A stretch of 64,000 nt of DNA. It comes from Thermoanaerobaculia bacterium (GTDB lineage: Bacteria; Acidobacteriota; Thermoanaerobaculia; Multivoradales; JAIOJS01). A program made the position numbers and the translations under genes. Positions 51,424 through 61,133 of the stretch are shown one piece after another. The notes under the pieces were generated by a model, which saw only the letters and a list, made by a program, of their open reading frames with translations, did not search any database and had not been told where the DNA came from. The stretch is from the NCBI GenBank assembly GCA_030429235.1, contig JAUIDB010000010.1, positions 13,334 to 77,333 on the forward strand, written 5' to 3'. Within the stretch, counting starts at the first letter, position 1. Each line of letters starts with the position of its first letter.

Positions 51424-54400
51424 ATGCCGCCACGTTTCTCCACCCTCCATCGGTCCGTCGCCGTTCCCGGTGCGGTCGCCTTGCTCGTTACCTGGCTCAT
51501 CCTCCTACTCGCGGCCCAGGCCGCGCTCGCCACAACCGCTCGCAAGGGGAAGAAGGCGAAAGCCGAAGCCGAAGCGGAGGAGGAAGAGTGGTCGGTCGAC
51601 GCCCCGCCGTACCCGACCTTCGAGGTGGCCATCGACGTCGAGGAGGGTACCTGGATGTCGCTCGATGTCAGTCCCGAAGGCGACGAGATCGTGTTCGATC
51701 TGCTCGGCGATCTCTACACGCTGCCCATCACCGGCGGGGAGGCCACCCGTATCAGTCAAGGGATCTCCTGGGACATGCATCCGACCTACAGCCCCGATGG
51801 CCAGCGCATCGCGTTCACCAGCGATCGGGCGGGGGGAGACAACATCTGGGTGATCGACCGCGACGGGAGCGATCCAGTGCAGGTGTCCGACGAGAGCTTC
51901 CGACTGCTGAACAGCCCGGCCTGGAGCCCCGACGGCGAGTACATCGCGGCTCACAAGCACTTCACGTCGCAGCGGTCGCTCGGAGCCGGTGAGATCTGGC
52001 TCTACCATCGGAGCGGATCCGGCGGGTTGCAGATGACCGAGCGACGGAACGACCAGAAGGACCTCGGCGAACCCGCCTTCTCGCCCGATGGGCGGTATCT
52101 CTACTACTCCCACGACGCCACGCCGGGCGACACCTTCGAGTACAGCAAGGACTCGAACGGTCAGATCTACGCAATCTACCGCATGGACCGCGAGACGGGG
52201 CGCGTCGAGTCCCTGGTTTCCGGGGCGGGCGGAGCGGTACGACCGACCCCCTCGCCGGACGGCAGGCTGCTGGCGTTCGTGCGCCGGGTCGACTTCGTGA
52301 GCACCCTCTTTCTCAAGGACCTCGAGTCGGGTCAGGAGTGGCCGCTCTATTCACCCCTCGAACGAGACATGCAGGAGACCTGGGCCATCCACGGGGTGTA
52401 TCCCTCGATGGCTTGGACCCCGGACAGCCAGGAGATCGTGTTCTGGGCCAAGGGCAAGATCCATCGGCTGGACGTCGAGACCCAGGAGTACCACGAGATC
52501 CCCTTCCACGTGGCGGACTCGAGGCAGGTGGCGCAGGCACGACGGCGGCCCATCGAGGTCCACCCCGAGGCCACCGACGTGAGGATGTTGCGGTGGCTGA
52601 CCGCCTCACCGACCGGCGACCGCGTCGTCTACCAGGCCCTGGGATACCTCTGGGTCCAGGAACTTCCGAACGGCGAGCCTCAACGGCTTACGGCCCAGGA
52701 AGCGCACTGGGAGTACTACCCGGCCTTCTCGCGCGATGGGAAGTGGATCGCCTACACCACCTGGTCGGACGACGAACTGGGGACGGTGCGGATTGTCGCC
52801 GCCAGCGGCGGGGAAAGCCAGGTGGTCAGCGACCGCCCGGGACACTACGTCGAACCCGAGTTCTCGCCCAGCGGGGAAGCGCTGATCTTTCGCCGAACCA
52901 GCGGCGGCTACCTGCGAACTCCGACCTGGTCGCAAGACGAGGGGATCTACCGGATCGAGTTGGGGATGTTCGGAGAGTCGGGACCGGCGGAGTTGGTAAC
53001 TCGCGACGGTTGGCAGGCGCACTTCGGCGCCGAGGAGGACCGGATTTACCTGCTGCGCGCCTCCGGAGCCGACAGCCGAGACCTGGTCTCGGTCGATCTG
53101 TCGGGCGAAGACGAACGGACCCACGCTAGCGGCGGGTTCGTGAGCGAGTACCGGGTGTCTCCCGACAGCCTTTGGGTGGCGTGGCGAGAGCACTATCAGG
53201 CCTACCTGGCCGCCATGCCCCGGATCGGACGATCGATCAGCGTCGCCCCTGGGGCCAAGGCGATGCCCACGGCTTCACTGAGCAAGAACGCGGGGGAGCA
53301 CCTCCACTGGTCGGCTGACGGGGAGACCGTCTACTGGTCCCTGGGATCGCAGCTCTTCGATCGCTCGCGGTCGGAGCTCTTCGCCTTTGCTCCCGGTGCC
53401 CCGGACGAGTTGCCAGAACCCCCCGAGACGGGGCGGGACTTCGGGTTCGAGGTGCCGAGCGACGTGCCCACGGGGACCGTAGCCTTCATCGGCGGCAAGG
53501 TCATCACCATGCGGGGAGACGAGATCCTGGACCCCGGAACCGTGGTCGTGGAGGGCAACCGGATCCTGGCCGTCGGTCCGAGCGACGAGGTCGAGGTGCC
53601 GGCTGACGCCCACGAGGTCGATGCCACGGGGAAGGTCCTGATGCCGGGGCTGGTCGACGTGCACTGGCATGGTGCCTTCGCCAGCGAAGAGATCGTGCCC
53701 CAGCAGAACTGGGCGACGTATGCCAGCCTGGCGTTCGGAGTCACCACGGTCCATGACCCGTCGAACGACACCTCCGAGGTGTTCGCCGCCGCCGAGCTCC
53801 AGCGCAGCGGAGCGATCACCGCCCCCCGGATCTTCTCGACCGGGGTGATCATCTACGGGGCGAAGGCGTCGGTTCATGCTCCGATCGATAGCCTGGACGA
53901 CGCCCGTCGCCACCTGAAGCGACTGGCGGCCGCCGGTGCGTTCAGTGTCAAGAGCTACAACCAACCGCGGCGGGATCAGCGGCAGCAGGTGATCGAAGCG
54001 TCGCGGGAACTCGGCATGCTGGTGGTGCCCGAGGGCGGTTCGACCTTCATGCACAACCTCACGATGATCATCGACGGTCATACCGGCATCGAGCACTCCG
54101 TACCGGTCGCGGCAATCTACGACGACGTCGCGCAGCTATGGAGTGCTACCGAGACCGGCTACACCCCAACTCTCGGGGTCGGATACGGCGGGATCTGGGG
54201 CGAACGCTACTGGTACCAGCACACCGAGGTGTGGAAGAACGAGCGGCTGCTGAACTTCGTACCCCGGCGCCTGATCGATCCCGTGGCGCGGCGACGGATG
54301 ATGGCGCCCGAGAAGGAGTACAACCACTTCAACAACGCGCGGGTGGCAGCCCAGCTCCAGGATCTCGGAGTTCCGGTGGCGGTGGGAGCCCACGGTCAGC

Positions 54401-54774
54401 GGGAAGGGCTGGCGGCGCATTGGGAGATCTGGATGTTCGAACAGGGAGGAATGACGCCCCACGAAGCCCTGCGCGCAGGGACTCTCGACGGCGCCCGCTA
54501 CCTGGGGATGGACCACGAGATCGGCTCGCTGGAGGCGGGAAAACTCGCCGATCTGCTGGTGCTCGCCGCCGACCCGCTCGCCGACCTCCGCAACAGCGAG
54601 TCGGTCGAGTCGGTGATGGTCAACGGCCGGCTCTACGATGCCATGACCATGGAGCAGATCGGCAACCACCCGAGTCCGGCCCCGAGCTTCTTCTTCTCCT
54701 CCGAACCCGCGTCGGGGATGCACTGCGCGGGAGCGGCCTGCGCGGGGCCGAGTCACGCTCGCTGCGAACACTGA
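51424..54774 (+). CDS. Secreted PD40/TolB-like beta-propeller(s) fused to a C-terminal amidohydrolase domain
   Basis: Signal peptide. WD40-like PD40 repeats (HPTYSPDGQRIAFTSDRAGGDNIWV, SPAWSPDGEYIA, EPAFSPDGRYLYYS, RPTPSPDGRLLAF, YPAFSRDGKWIAY, EPEFSPSGEALIF). Amidohydrolase motifs VLMPGLVDVHWHG, EGGSTFMH, GHTGIEHS, AVGAHG. Confidence 0.85.
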   Translation: MPPRFSTLHRSVAVPGAVALLVTWLILLLAAQAALATTARKGKKAKAEAEAEEEEWSVDAPPYPTFEVAIDVEEGTWMSLDVSPEGDEIVFDLLGDLYTLPITGGEATRISQGISWDMHPTYSPDGQRIAFTSDRAGGDNIWVIDRDGSDPVQVSDESFRLLNSPAWSPDGEYIAAHKHFTSQRSLGAGEIWLYHRSGSGGLQMTERRNDQKDLGEPAFSPDGRYLYYSHDATPGDTFEYSKDSNGQIYAIYRMDRETGRVESLVSGAGGAVRPTPSPDGRLLAFVRRVDFVSTLFLKDLESGQEWPLYSPLERDMQETWAIHGVYPSMAWTPDSQEIVFWAKGKIHRLDVETQEYHEIPFHVADSRQVAQARRRPIEVHPEATDVRMLRWLTASPTGDRVVYQALGYLWVQELPNGEPQRLTAQEAHWEYYPAFSRDGKWIAYTTWSDDELGTVRIVAASGGESQVVSDRPGHYVEPEFSPSGEALIFRRTSGGYLRTPTWSQDEGIYRIELGMFGESGPAELVTRDGWQAHFGAEEDRIYLLRASGADSRDLVSVDLSGEDERTHASGGFVSEYRVSPDSLWVAWREHYQAYLAAMPRIGRSISVAPGAKAMPTASLSKNAGEHLHWSADGETVYWSLGSQLFDRSRSELFAFAPGAPDELPEPPETGRDFGFEVPSDVPTGTVAFIGGKVITMRGDEILDPGTVVVEGNRILAVGPSDEVEVPADAHEVDATGKVLMPGLVDVHWHGAFASEEIVPQQNWATYASLAFGVTTVHDPSNDTSEVFAAAELQRSGAITAPRIFSTGVIIYGAKASVHAPIDSLDDARRHLKRLAAAGAFSVKSYNQPRRDQRQQVIEASRELGMLVVPEGGSTFMHNLTMIIDGHTGIEHSVPVAAIYDDVAQLWSATETGYTPTLGVGYGGIWGERYWYQHTEVWKNERLLNFVPRRLIDPVARRRMMAPEKEYNHFNNARVAAQLQDLGVPVAVGAHGQREGLAAHWEIWMFEQGGMTPHEALRAGTLDGARYLGMDHEIGSLEAGKLADLLVLAADPLADLRNSESVESVMVNGRLYDAMTMEQIGNHPSPAPSFFFSSEPASGMHCAGAACAGPSHARCEH

Positions 54775-54782
54775 AACTCGAG

Positions 54783-54809
54783 GGAACCTCGGCCCGCGGG
54801 TCTGCGTTC
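54783..54809 (+). promoter_or_regulatory. ECF-type promoter-like motif upstream of the ECF sigma gene
   Basis: GGAAC-N17-CGTTC, ~55 nt upstream of the TTG start at 54862. This pattern fits typical autoregulated ECF promoters. Confidence 0.35.
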
Positions 54810-54861
54810 TTTGAGATAGGGCCACTTCGGAGGCCGCCGATCGACAAGGACACGACACGCT

Positions 54862-55449
54862 TTGGATGACCTGACACTCGTAGAACGTTGCCGACTCGGC
54901 GACGACATCGCCTGGGAGGCACTCGTGCGGCGCTATCAGCACCGGGTGTTCGGGGTCGCCTTGCACTATCTACGGAATCGAGAGGATGCCCAGGACGCAG
55001 CCCAGGAGATCTTCGTCAAGGTCTACCGCGGGCTGGGGAAACTGGAGCCGGGGCGCGCCTTTCTGCCCTGGTTGCTGCGCGTCGCCCGCAACGGTTGCAT
55101 CGACCGCATTCGACGGCGCAAGGTCCGAACCCCCGAGATCGAAGTGCCAGTCGAAGATTGCTACGACCTGTCGGCCGACGATCCCACTCCCGAGGACCGT
55201 TCACTACTCAGCGGGCGGCAGGCTCTGCTGTACCAGGCGTTGGGCCAGATCAGCGACAACCATCGAGAGCTGATCCTGCTCAAGGAGATCCAGGAGATGG
55301 AGATTCGTGAGATCGCGGATCTGCTCGACCTGCCGCTGGGAACGGTCAAGTCCCGTTCCAACCGCGCCCGGCTGGAACTCGCACGGGCGGTGCGCTCGCT
55401 CGAAACGGGCCAGGCACGCAACCCGGCGGTACAGGAGGTGGCACCATGA
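54862..55449 (+). CDS. ECF-type RNA polymerase sigma-70 family factor
   Basis: Region 2 (DAQDAAQEIFVKVYRGL...WLLRVARNGCIDRIRRR) and region 4 (ELILLKEIQEMEIREIADLLDLPLGTVKSRSNRARLEL). Apparent TTG start. Confidence 0.85.
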   Translation: MDDLTLVERCRLGDDIAWEALVRRYQHRVFGVALHYLRNREDAQDAAQEIFVKVYRGLGKLEPGRAFLPWLLRVARNGCIDRIRRRKVRTPEIEVPVEDCYDLSADDPTPEDRSLLSGRQALLYQALGQISDNHRELILLKEIQEMEIREIADLLDLPLGTVKSRSNRARLELARAVRSLETGQARNPAVQEVAP

Positions 55450-56246
55450 TCTGCTCGGATTTCGAGGGGCGTCTGGAGGCACTCGCAGAGGGCCGCCTCG
55501 GCGACCGTGCCGCGCAGGACTGCCGAGAGCACGCGGCCCGTTGCTCGGCTTGTTCCGAGTTGCTCTTCCTAGCGGGTCTCGGGCCCACCGAGGGGTCCGT
55601 GGTGGATCTCACGCCGGCGGTACTGGCGGCCACCAGTGGTTCCCTCTGCGAAGCGGTCCAGGGGCAACTGGCGGACGTCGAGTCTGGGGTCGGAGTTGCC
55701 GGAGCGGCCACCTACGACGAGGCGTTGGCGTCGCACCTGGACCACTGCCCGGAGTGCGAGGCGATCGCCGGTGTGCTCCACGGGTTGCCGCGGGAACTCC
55801 CCGCGCTGGCCGAGGTCCGGGCGCCGTACGGTTTCGTCGCCGCCGTACTCCGGCGCACCCTGCCGCCGACGACTCGCTGGCGACGGCGTTGCGCCACCGC
55901 GTGGCAGGATTGGGTCCGGCGGCCACGCTTCGCTACCGAACTGGCCTACGCGCTCACCGTCGCGCTATTGATCCTGGTCGGCAATCCGGCCACCCCCCTG
56001 TCGGCGATGTCGGATACGGCGCGTCGGGCGCTGCCGCGCGGCGAAGACCTGGCCCAACGAGTCGCTCCCCTGGAGAGCAAGCTCGAGCAGTATGGGGAGT
56101 CGATCGGCCACTCGCCGGCGGTGCGGGTGTTCGTGGCGGGGGCGGAGTGGAGTCAGGACCGGGTGGACGATCTGTGGCAGAGCACGTCGAGGGCCCTGTC
56201 CGACCTCGAGGCCGGCCTGACCGAGCTGTTCGGTCCCGGCCGCTAA
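55446..56246 (+). CDS. Transmembrane zinc-finger (zf-HC2/ZAS-like) anti-sigma factor with two HxxxCxxC motifs
   Basis: ATGA overlap with the sigma gene. HAARCSAC and HLDHCPEC motifs. One TM helix (LAYALTVALLILVG). Confidence 0.75.
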   Translation: MICSDFEGRLEALAEGRLGDRAAQDCREHAARCSACSELLFLAGLGPTEGSVVDLTPAVLAATSGSLCEAVQGQLADVESGVGVAGAATYDEALASHLDHCPECEAIAGVLHGLPRELPALAEVRAPYGFVAAVLRRTLPPTTRWRRRCATAWQDWVRRPRFATELAYALTVALLILVGNPATPLSAMSDTARRALPRGEDLAQRVAPLESKLEQYGESIGHSPAVRVFVAGAEWSQDRVDDLWQSTSRALSDLEAGLTELFGPGR

Positions 56247-56298
56247 CCGTCCGCAGTCCTCCGGACGCGTCCCTGTCGTCGACGACCTCGGGATCCGC

Positions 56299-56324
56299 GC
56301 GAACTCTTCGCGGTCGCTGACGTA
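56299..56324 (+). promoter_or_regulatory. ECF-type promoter-like motif upstream of the sulfatase-fold lipoprotein gene
   Basis: GCGAAC-N16-CGTA, 66 nt upstream of ATG 56390. It is followed by a 7-bp-arm inverted repeat, GATTTCC-N8-GGAAATC (56326-56347). Confidence 0.3.
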
Positions 56325-56389
56325 TGATTTCCTGAGTCTAGGAAATCAGCGACCACCGTGGCGTCGGCTCACGGTACGGAGGAGGCCGA

Positions 56390-58906
56390 ATGCGTAGAGG
56401 ATCGACCAGGGCGGCGACAGGTTCCACTCTTCTGGCCTTGGCCGCGGCGCTGGGTGGCTTGGCATGGCTGGCCTGCACTCCCGACGCTCCTGAGCCGGCC
56501 CCGGTCCCCCCTCTCCGCTTCCACTTGGCGAGCCAACTGAACACCGCGACGGTCGTGGCGCCGACGGCTCCCGACAGCACACCCTTGGACTGGCAGGGCC
56601 GCGATCTCGAGACGACGTGGACGCTGCTGGGCAGCGAATCGGTGCCTCACTTTGCGACCCTGGCTCCGACCTTCACCGACGAGGGAGTCGATCTCGACTT
56701 CGGGGTGCCGGCACAGCCGCGGGGACCGCTGCGGGTGGGTGGACTGCGCATCGACCTCGAAGCGAGCGACTTCGGTCGCTGGGATACCGTGCTGGTCGAG
56801 GCCCGTTCGAGTGATCGTTTTGCGGGAGTCACGGTGGCGGTCAACGTCGACGACGACGAGGCGCTGCCGGGTTTCATGCGGTTCTTCGCGTCGACTGGAA
56901 ACTGTCCCCCGATCTTCAACGATGGTTCGATCCAGACCTACGCGATTCCGATCAGCCTGGCTGAGAAGCAGACCCGCCCCGACCAACTGAAAAGCCTCGC
57001 GGTGCTCTTCGCGGCGCCCGGCGAGGCTACGATCCAGGTCCGGTCGGTCCGTTTGGTACCGCACGGCGCCTCGTACCCGGAAGAAGCCGGCGTCCTGCGC
57101 ACCGAGCGCGGGGGCACCACCCGCGAGGCGCTCTATCTACGGACACCAGGCGAGATCTCCCTCGAGGTGCCAGCCATGGGGGAGAGCCGGCTCGATTTCG
57201 GCCTCACCGCCGAGGTCGACCGCCCCGTCACGTATCGTTTGTTGCGAAGGTTCGGAGATTCCGAGGAGGTGCTGTTCGAGCGCACCGTCGAGGCGGCAGA
57301 GAGCTGGGAACAGTTCAGCCAACCGCTGAACCTGAACGAACCGACGCAGCTCGTCCTGGCGGCCGAGGCCGCGGAGCCCGGGACGGTCGCGCTGTGGGGT
57401 TCTCCGGTGGTGAGTTCCACTCCGCCGCCCGGCGGGCCACCCAACGTCATCTTCTACGTCATCGATGGCGGCGACGCCAACCTGATGAGCCTCTACGAGT
57501 ACGGCCGACCGACCACTCCCTACCTCGAGAGTCTGGCCAACGAGGGGGTTCTGTTTGGGCGGGCGTACTCCAATGCAACTTGGACCCAACCGTCGACGGT
57601 CTCGTTCCTCACCTCGCTGCAGCACAGTGTGCTGGGTGGCTTGCGTCGCGGCATCCACTCGACCCCGGTGCCGACGGCGGCGGTGACCATGGCCGAGCAC
57701 TTCCGTCAGGGCGGTTACACCACGGCTTCCTTTACCGCCAACCCCAACGCCGGTCGGATGGTCGGTACCGATCGGGGGGTCGACTGGATGCGGGATGCGG
57801 CGACCGAGAACCACTCGACTTCGTCCCTGACCCTGCACGAGGAGTTCTGGAAGTACCGCGATGCCTACCCGCAGGGGCCGTTCTTCGTCCACTTCCAGAC
57901 CACTGACGTCCACGAACCGAACCACCCCGAGGAGCCCTTTGCCGGCACCTTCGTCGGCGCGGAGCAGTTGGCCGAGTTCGAGGAGTGGGACAATCGGCTC
58001 TGGGGCGCCGTCTTCCCCTGGTTCGGACGCACCTCGGTGGTCGACCTCTACGACCGGGGTATCGAGGCCAGCGGAGTGGATCGCTACGCCTACTTCGCGG
58101 TCCGTAATGGGCTCTACGACGAGACCATGCTCCACCAGGACCACGCCCTCGAGCAGTTCGTGCAGGAACTCCGGGACCGGGGTGAGTGGGAGAACACGAT
58201 CCTGGTGATCGGCGCTGACCACGGACATCCGGCGGGGACCTTCGCCCGCTTCGGTCGTGGACTCCTCGATCCCCAGCCCGAACCCTGGCAGGGCGCCTTG
58301 GCAGATGCCTACGCCACTCGCGTACCCTTCCTCGTGGTGTGGCCGGGTCAGTTGGAGGGTGGTCGGCGGATCGACCGCCCCGTGTCGATGCTCGACGTGT
58401 TGCCCACGGTGCTGGAACTCGCCGGCCTGCCGGAGCCGGAAGTCTTACAGGGGCAGTCGCTGGCGCCGCTGCTGCGTGGGGGGGAGATCGAGGCTCGTCC
58501 GGTGATCCTGGACGAGTTCCGCGTCGACGAAACCAGCGGCGAGCTGATCGGAAATCTCGAGATCATCGACGGCCGCTGGGCCGCTTCGCTCGAGATCGGC
58601 CCCACTCCGGAGGAGACGGCGCCAGGGTTCGGTCGCTACCAGGTGCCGGCTGGAGGCCGTTGGGGGGCCGTTCATCCCTTCTTCCCCGACGTTCCGAGGC
58701 TGTTGCTCTACGACCTCGAGGAAGATCCCTTCACGACCCGGGCCGTCAACGAAGAGCATCCGGACCTGGTGCGCAAATACACGCGGTTGCTGCAGGAACA
58801 CTGGCAGGCGCACCAGGCTCTCGCCACCCGATTCAGCGAGGCGGGTGAGGTCACCCTGGATCCGGAACAGCTCGAGCAGCTCAAGGCACTGGGCTACATC
58901 CAATAG
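56390..58906 (+). CDS. Sulfatase-fold lipoprotein with an unknown ~330-aa N-terminal domain; Thr replaces the formylglycine residue
   Basis: Lipobox LGGLAWLACT. PNVIFYVIDGGDA. The active-site region reads WTQPSTVSFLTS where type I sulfatases have C/S-x-P-x-R-xxxLTG. GADHGHP is present. GGAGGAGG RBS. Confidence 0.8.
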   Translation: MRRGSTRAATGSTLLALAAALGGLAWLACTPDAPEPAPVPPLRFHLASQLNTATVVAPTAPDSTPLDWQGRDLETTWTLLGSESVPHFATLAPTFTDEGVDLDFGVPAQPRGPLRVGGLRIDLEASDFGRWDTVLVEARSSDRFAGVTVAVNVDDDEALPGFMRFFASTGNCPPIFNDGSIQTYAIPISLAEKQTRPDQLKSLAVLFAAPGEATIQVRSVRLVPHGASYPEEAGVLRTERGGTTREALYLRTPGEISLEVPAMGESRLDFGLTAEVDRPVTYRLLRRFGDSEEVLFERTVEAAESWEQFSQPLNLNEPTQLVLAAEAAEPGTVALWGSPVVSSTPPPGGPPNVIFYVIDGGDANLMSLYEYGRPTTPYLESLANEGVLFGRAYSNATWTQPSTVSFLTSLQHSVLGGLRRGIHSTPVPTAAVTMAEHFRQGGYTTASFTANPNAGRMVGTDRGVDWMRDAATENHSTSSLTLHEEFWKYRDAYPQGPFFVHFQTTDVHEPNHPEEPFAGTFVGAEQLAEFEEWDNRLWGAVFPWFGRTSVVDLYDRGIEASGVDRYAYFAVRNGLYDETMLHQDHALEQFVQELRDRGEWENTILVIGADHGHPAGTFARFGRGLLDPQPEPWQGALADAYATRVPFLVVWPGQLEGGRRIDRPVSMLDVLPTVLELAGLPEPEVLQGQSLAPLLRGGEIEARPVILDEFRVDETSGELIGNLEIIDGRWAASLEIGPTPEETAPGFGRYQVPAGGRWGAVHPFFPDVPRLLLYDLEEDPFTTRAVNEEHPDLVRKYTRLLQEHWQAHQALATRFSEAGEVTLDPEQLEQLKALGYIQ

Positions 58907-59024
58907 CGGGGATCATCTCCGTGGCGAGACTTCCGGCCGAGGAGTGGACGGAACCTCGGCGGGGTCAGCTGCGTCTTCTCTGTGAACCGGCACTCAGGTG
59001 CCCAACCCCATGAGGAGAGACGAG

Positions 59025-59675
59025 ATGTCCGAAACACCGATTTCCGATCAGGTCCCATCAGAGGAGGCGCCAGAGAGTGCAGCGCAGAGTCAAGCCCCGC
59101 CGGCCGCCGCGGCCGCGCCGAGGTCTGCTTCCTATCGAACCACCCCGACGTACTCCACCGTGGTCGCCGATGACCCGCGCCGCAAGTCCCCGCTGCTGGC
59201 TTCCTTTCTGTCGGCGATGCCGGGCCTGGGTCAGGTCTACGTGGGCTACTACCAACGGGGCTTCGCCCACCTGCTGACGGTGGCTGGCACGATCGCCGTT
59301 CTCAACACGCGTTCGCTGCACAACAACGAGGCCCTGGTCCCGGCGGTGGCCTTCTTCCTGGTCTTCTTCTGGCTCTACAACATCATCGATGCCGGCCGGC
59401 GGGCGTCCTTCTACAACTACGCCCTGGCCGGAGGAACCGACATCAACCTGCCTCAGGATCTCGGGGCACCGATGAGTGGTTCGATCGCCGGTGGCGTGGT
59501 GGCCATCGCGGTGGGTGCCCTCCTCCTGAGCCACACCCTGCTCGACTTCTCGATGGACTGGCTCGAGGAGTGGTGGCCGATGGCGATCATCGGGTTCGGC
59601 GTGTTCCTGGTCTACCGGGCGCGACAGGACCAGGCGAAGAACTCGACCGCAGCCCACGATCTCGAAGGCTACTGA
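59025..59675 (+). CDS. Multi-pass membrane protein, function unknown
   Basis: ATG 59025 is preferred because GAGGAG lies 7 nt upstream. Four hydrophobic helices. PGLGQVYVGYYQRG motif after a disordered N-terminus. Confidence 0.55.
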   Translation: MSETPISDQVPSEEAPESAAQSQAPPAAAAAPRSASYRTTPTYSTVVADDPRRKSPLLASFLSAMPGLGQVYVGYYQRGFAHLLTVAGTIAVLNTRSLHNNEALVPAVAFFLVFFWLYNIIDAGRRASFYNYALAGGTDINLPQDLGAPMSGSIAGGVVAIAVGALLLSHTLLDFSMDWLEEWWPMAIIGFGVFLVYRARQDQAKNSTAAHDLEGY

Positions 59676-59766
59676 GCCCGGGAGCGTCTGACCTCGGCTG
59701 CGAGGCACCGGGTCCCGAAGGGCTCGGTGCCTCGTGCTTGGTGCGGGGACGAGGTTGGGCGCCGGC

Positions 59767-61104
59767 TCAGAAGAAGCGGAGCCAGACGTAGAGGTGGGCG
59801 ATGGCCAGAGTCATCAGCAGGACCGGCATGCCCCAGGCCATGAAGCGCGTGAAGGAGATCTTGTGGCCGGCGCGTTCGGCGATACCGAGCACCGCCACGT
59901 TGGCGGAGGCTCCGATCGGGGTCCCGTTGCCTCCCAGGCAGGAACCCAGGGCCAGCGACCACCAGACCGGCAGGATCGAGGGGTGTTGGAGGGTCTGGAC
60001 GCCGCTCGGGGCCGCGCTGCCGACTACGGTCTCCGACATCTCGGCGACCAACGGTGCCATGGTGGCGACGTACGGGATGTTGTCGACGAAGGCCGAGAGG
60101 ATGCCGGAGAACCAGAGCATCACGTAGCTGGTGGTGGCGGTCGAGGCCAGGCTGGGGCTCGTCTCGGCGATCACCACCGCCGAGAGCTGCTCGACGAATC
60201 CCACCTTCACGATTCCGCCGATCACGATGTAGAGCCCGACGAAGAAGAAGATCGTAGGCCACTCGACCGCGGCGAACACCTCGTGCGGATCTTCCTTCGA
60301 AATCAGCAAGAGGAGGGCGGCTCCGGCGAGGGCGACGGCCGCGGGTTCGATGTGGGTCACGCTGTGGAACATGAACCCAGCGGTGACCAGGAGCAGCACC
60401 AGAATCGACTTCTTGACCAACGAGGGATCGCGGATCAGCTTCCCTTCGTTCATCCCGAGGATGTGTTGACGTTTGTCCTCGTCGACCCTCATGCGTCCGA
60501 AGAAGGCCCAGAGCACGACGAGCAGGGCTCCCATCATGACGATGACGACGGGACCGAGGTTGACGACGAAGTCGAGGAACCCCAGTTTCGAGCGCGATGC
60601 GATCATCAGGTTCGGGGGGTCACCGATCAGCGTGGCGGTACCCCCGATGTTGGAGGCGAGAGCTTCGGCGATCAAGAAGGGCACCGGGTCGAGTTCCAGC
60701 TCGTCGGCAATCAGCAGTGTCACCGGGGCGAAGAGTAGGACAGTCGTTACGTTGTCGAGCAGGGCCGAGAAGAAGGCGGTGGCGATCACGAAGAGCACCA
60801 TGATCGGAAACGGCCGACCTCCGACGAGTTTGGCCATGCGCACCGCGCACCACTCGAAGGCGCCGCTCTTGCCCAGGATGTCGACGATCACCATCATGCC
60901 GATCAGGAGGAAGATCACGCCGTGATCGATCCCGAGTTCGGCGGAGTGGAAGGCCTCCTCCTGGGTCAAGAGGCCGAGTCCCAGCACCACGCCGGCGCCG
61001 AGGAGGGCGGCTTTGGTCTTGTGGACCTTTTCACTGACGATCAGGCCCAGCGTGGCGACAAAGGTCGCGCACGCCGTCCAGTAGGCCAAGCTTCCAGAGA
61101 GCAT
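59767..61104 (-). CDS. ArsB/NhaD-superfamily ion permease
   Basis: 445 aa with about 11-12 TM helices. FSALLDNVTTVLLFAPVTL and ASNIGGTATLIGDPPNLMI are motifs characteristic of the ArsB/NhaD permease family. Confidence 0.85.
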   Translation of the reverse strand: MLSGSLAYWTACATFVATLGLIVSEKVHKTKAALLGAGVVLGLGLLTQEEAFHSAELGIDHGVIFLLIGMMVIVDILGKSGAFEWCAVRMAKLVGGRPFPIMVLFVIATAFFSALLDNVTTVLLFAPVTLLIADELELDPVPFLIAEALASNIGGTATLIGDPPNLMIASRSKLGFLDFVVNLGPVVIVMMGALLVVLWAFFGRMRVDEDKRQHILGMNEGKLIRDPSLVKKSILVLLLVTAGFMFHSVTHIEPAAVALAGAALLLLISKEDPHEVFAAVEWPTIFFFVGLYIVIGGIVKVGFVEQLSAVVIAETSPSLASTATTSYVMLWFSGILSAFVDNIPYVATMAPLVAEMSETVVGSAAPSGVQTLQHPSILPVWWSLALGSCLGGNGTPIGASANVAVLGIAERAGHKISFTRFMAWGMPVLLMTLAIAHLYVWLRFF

Positions 61105-61133
61105 GGTCGAATCTCCGTAGAGGGTCGGGGGCG

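Noticed and set aside
58936-58960. Hairpin GCCGAGG-N11-CCTCGGC after the sulfatase-fold gene, and other short GC-rich stems after several stops (e.g. 56249-56270).
   Set aside because: The stems are 6-7 bp without U-tracts, which is common by chance at this GC content. Only the 15-bp perfect hairpin at 5421-5459 was kept as a feature.
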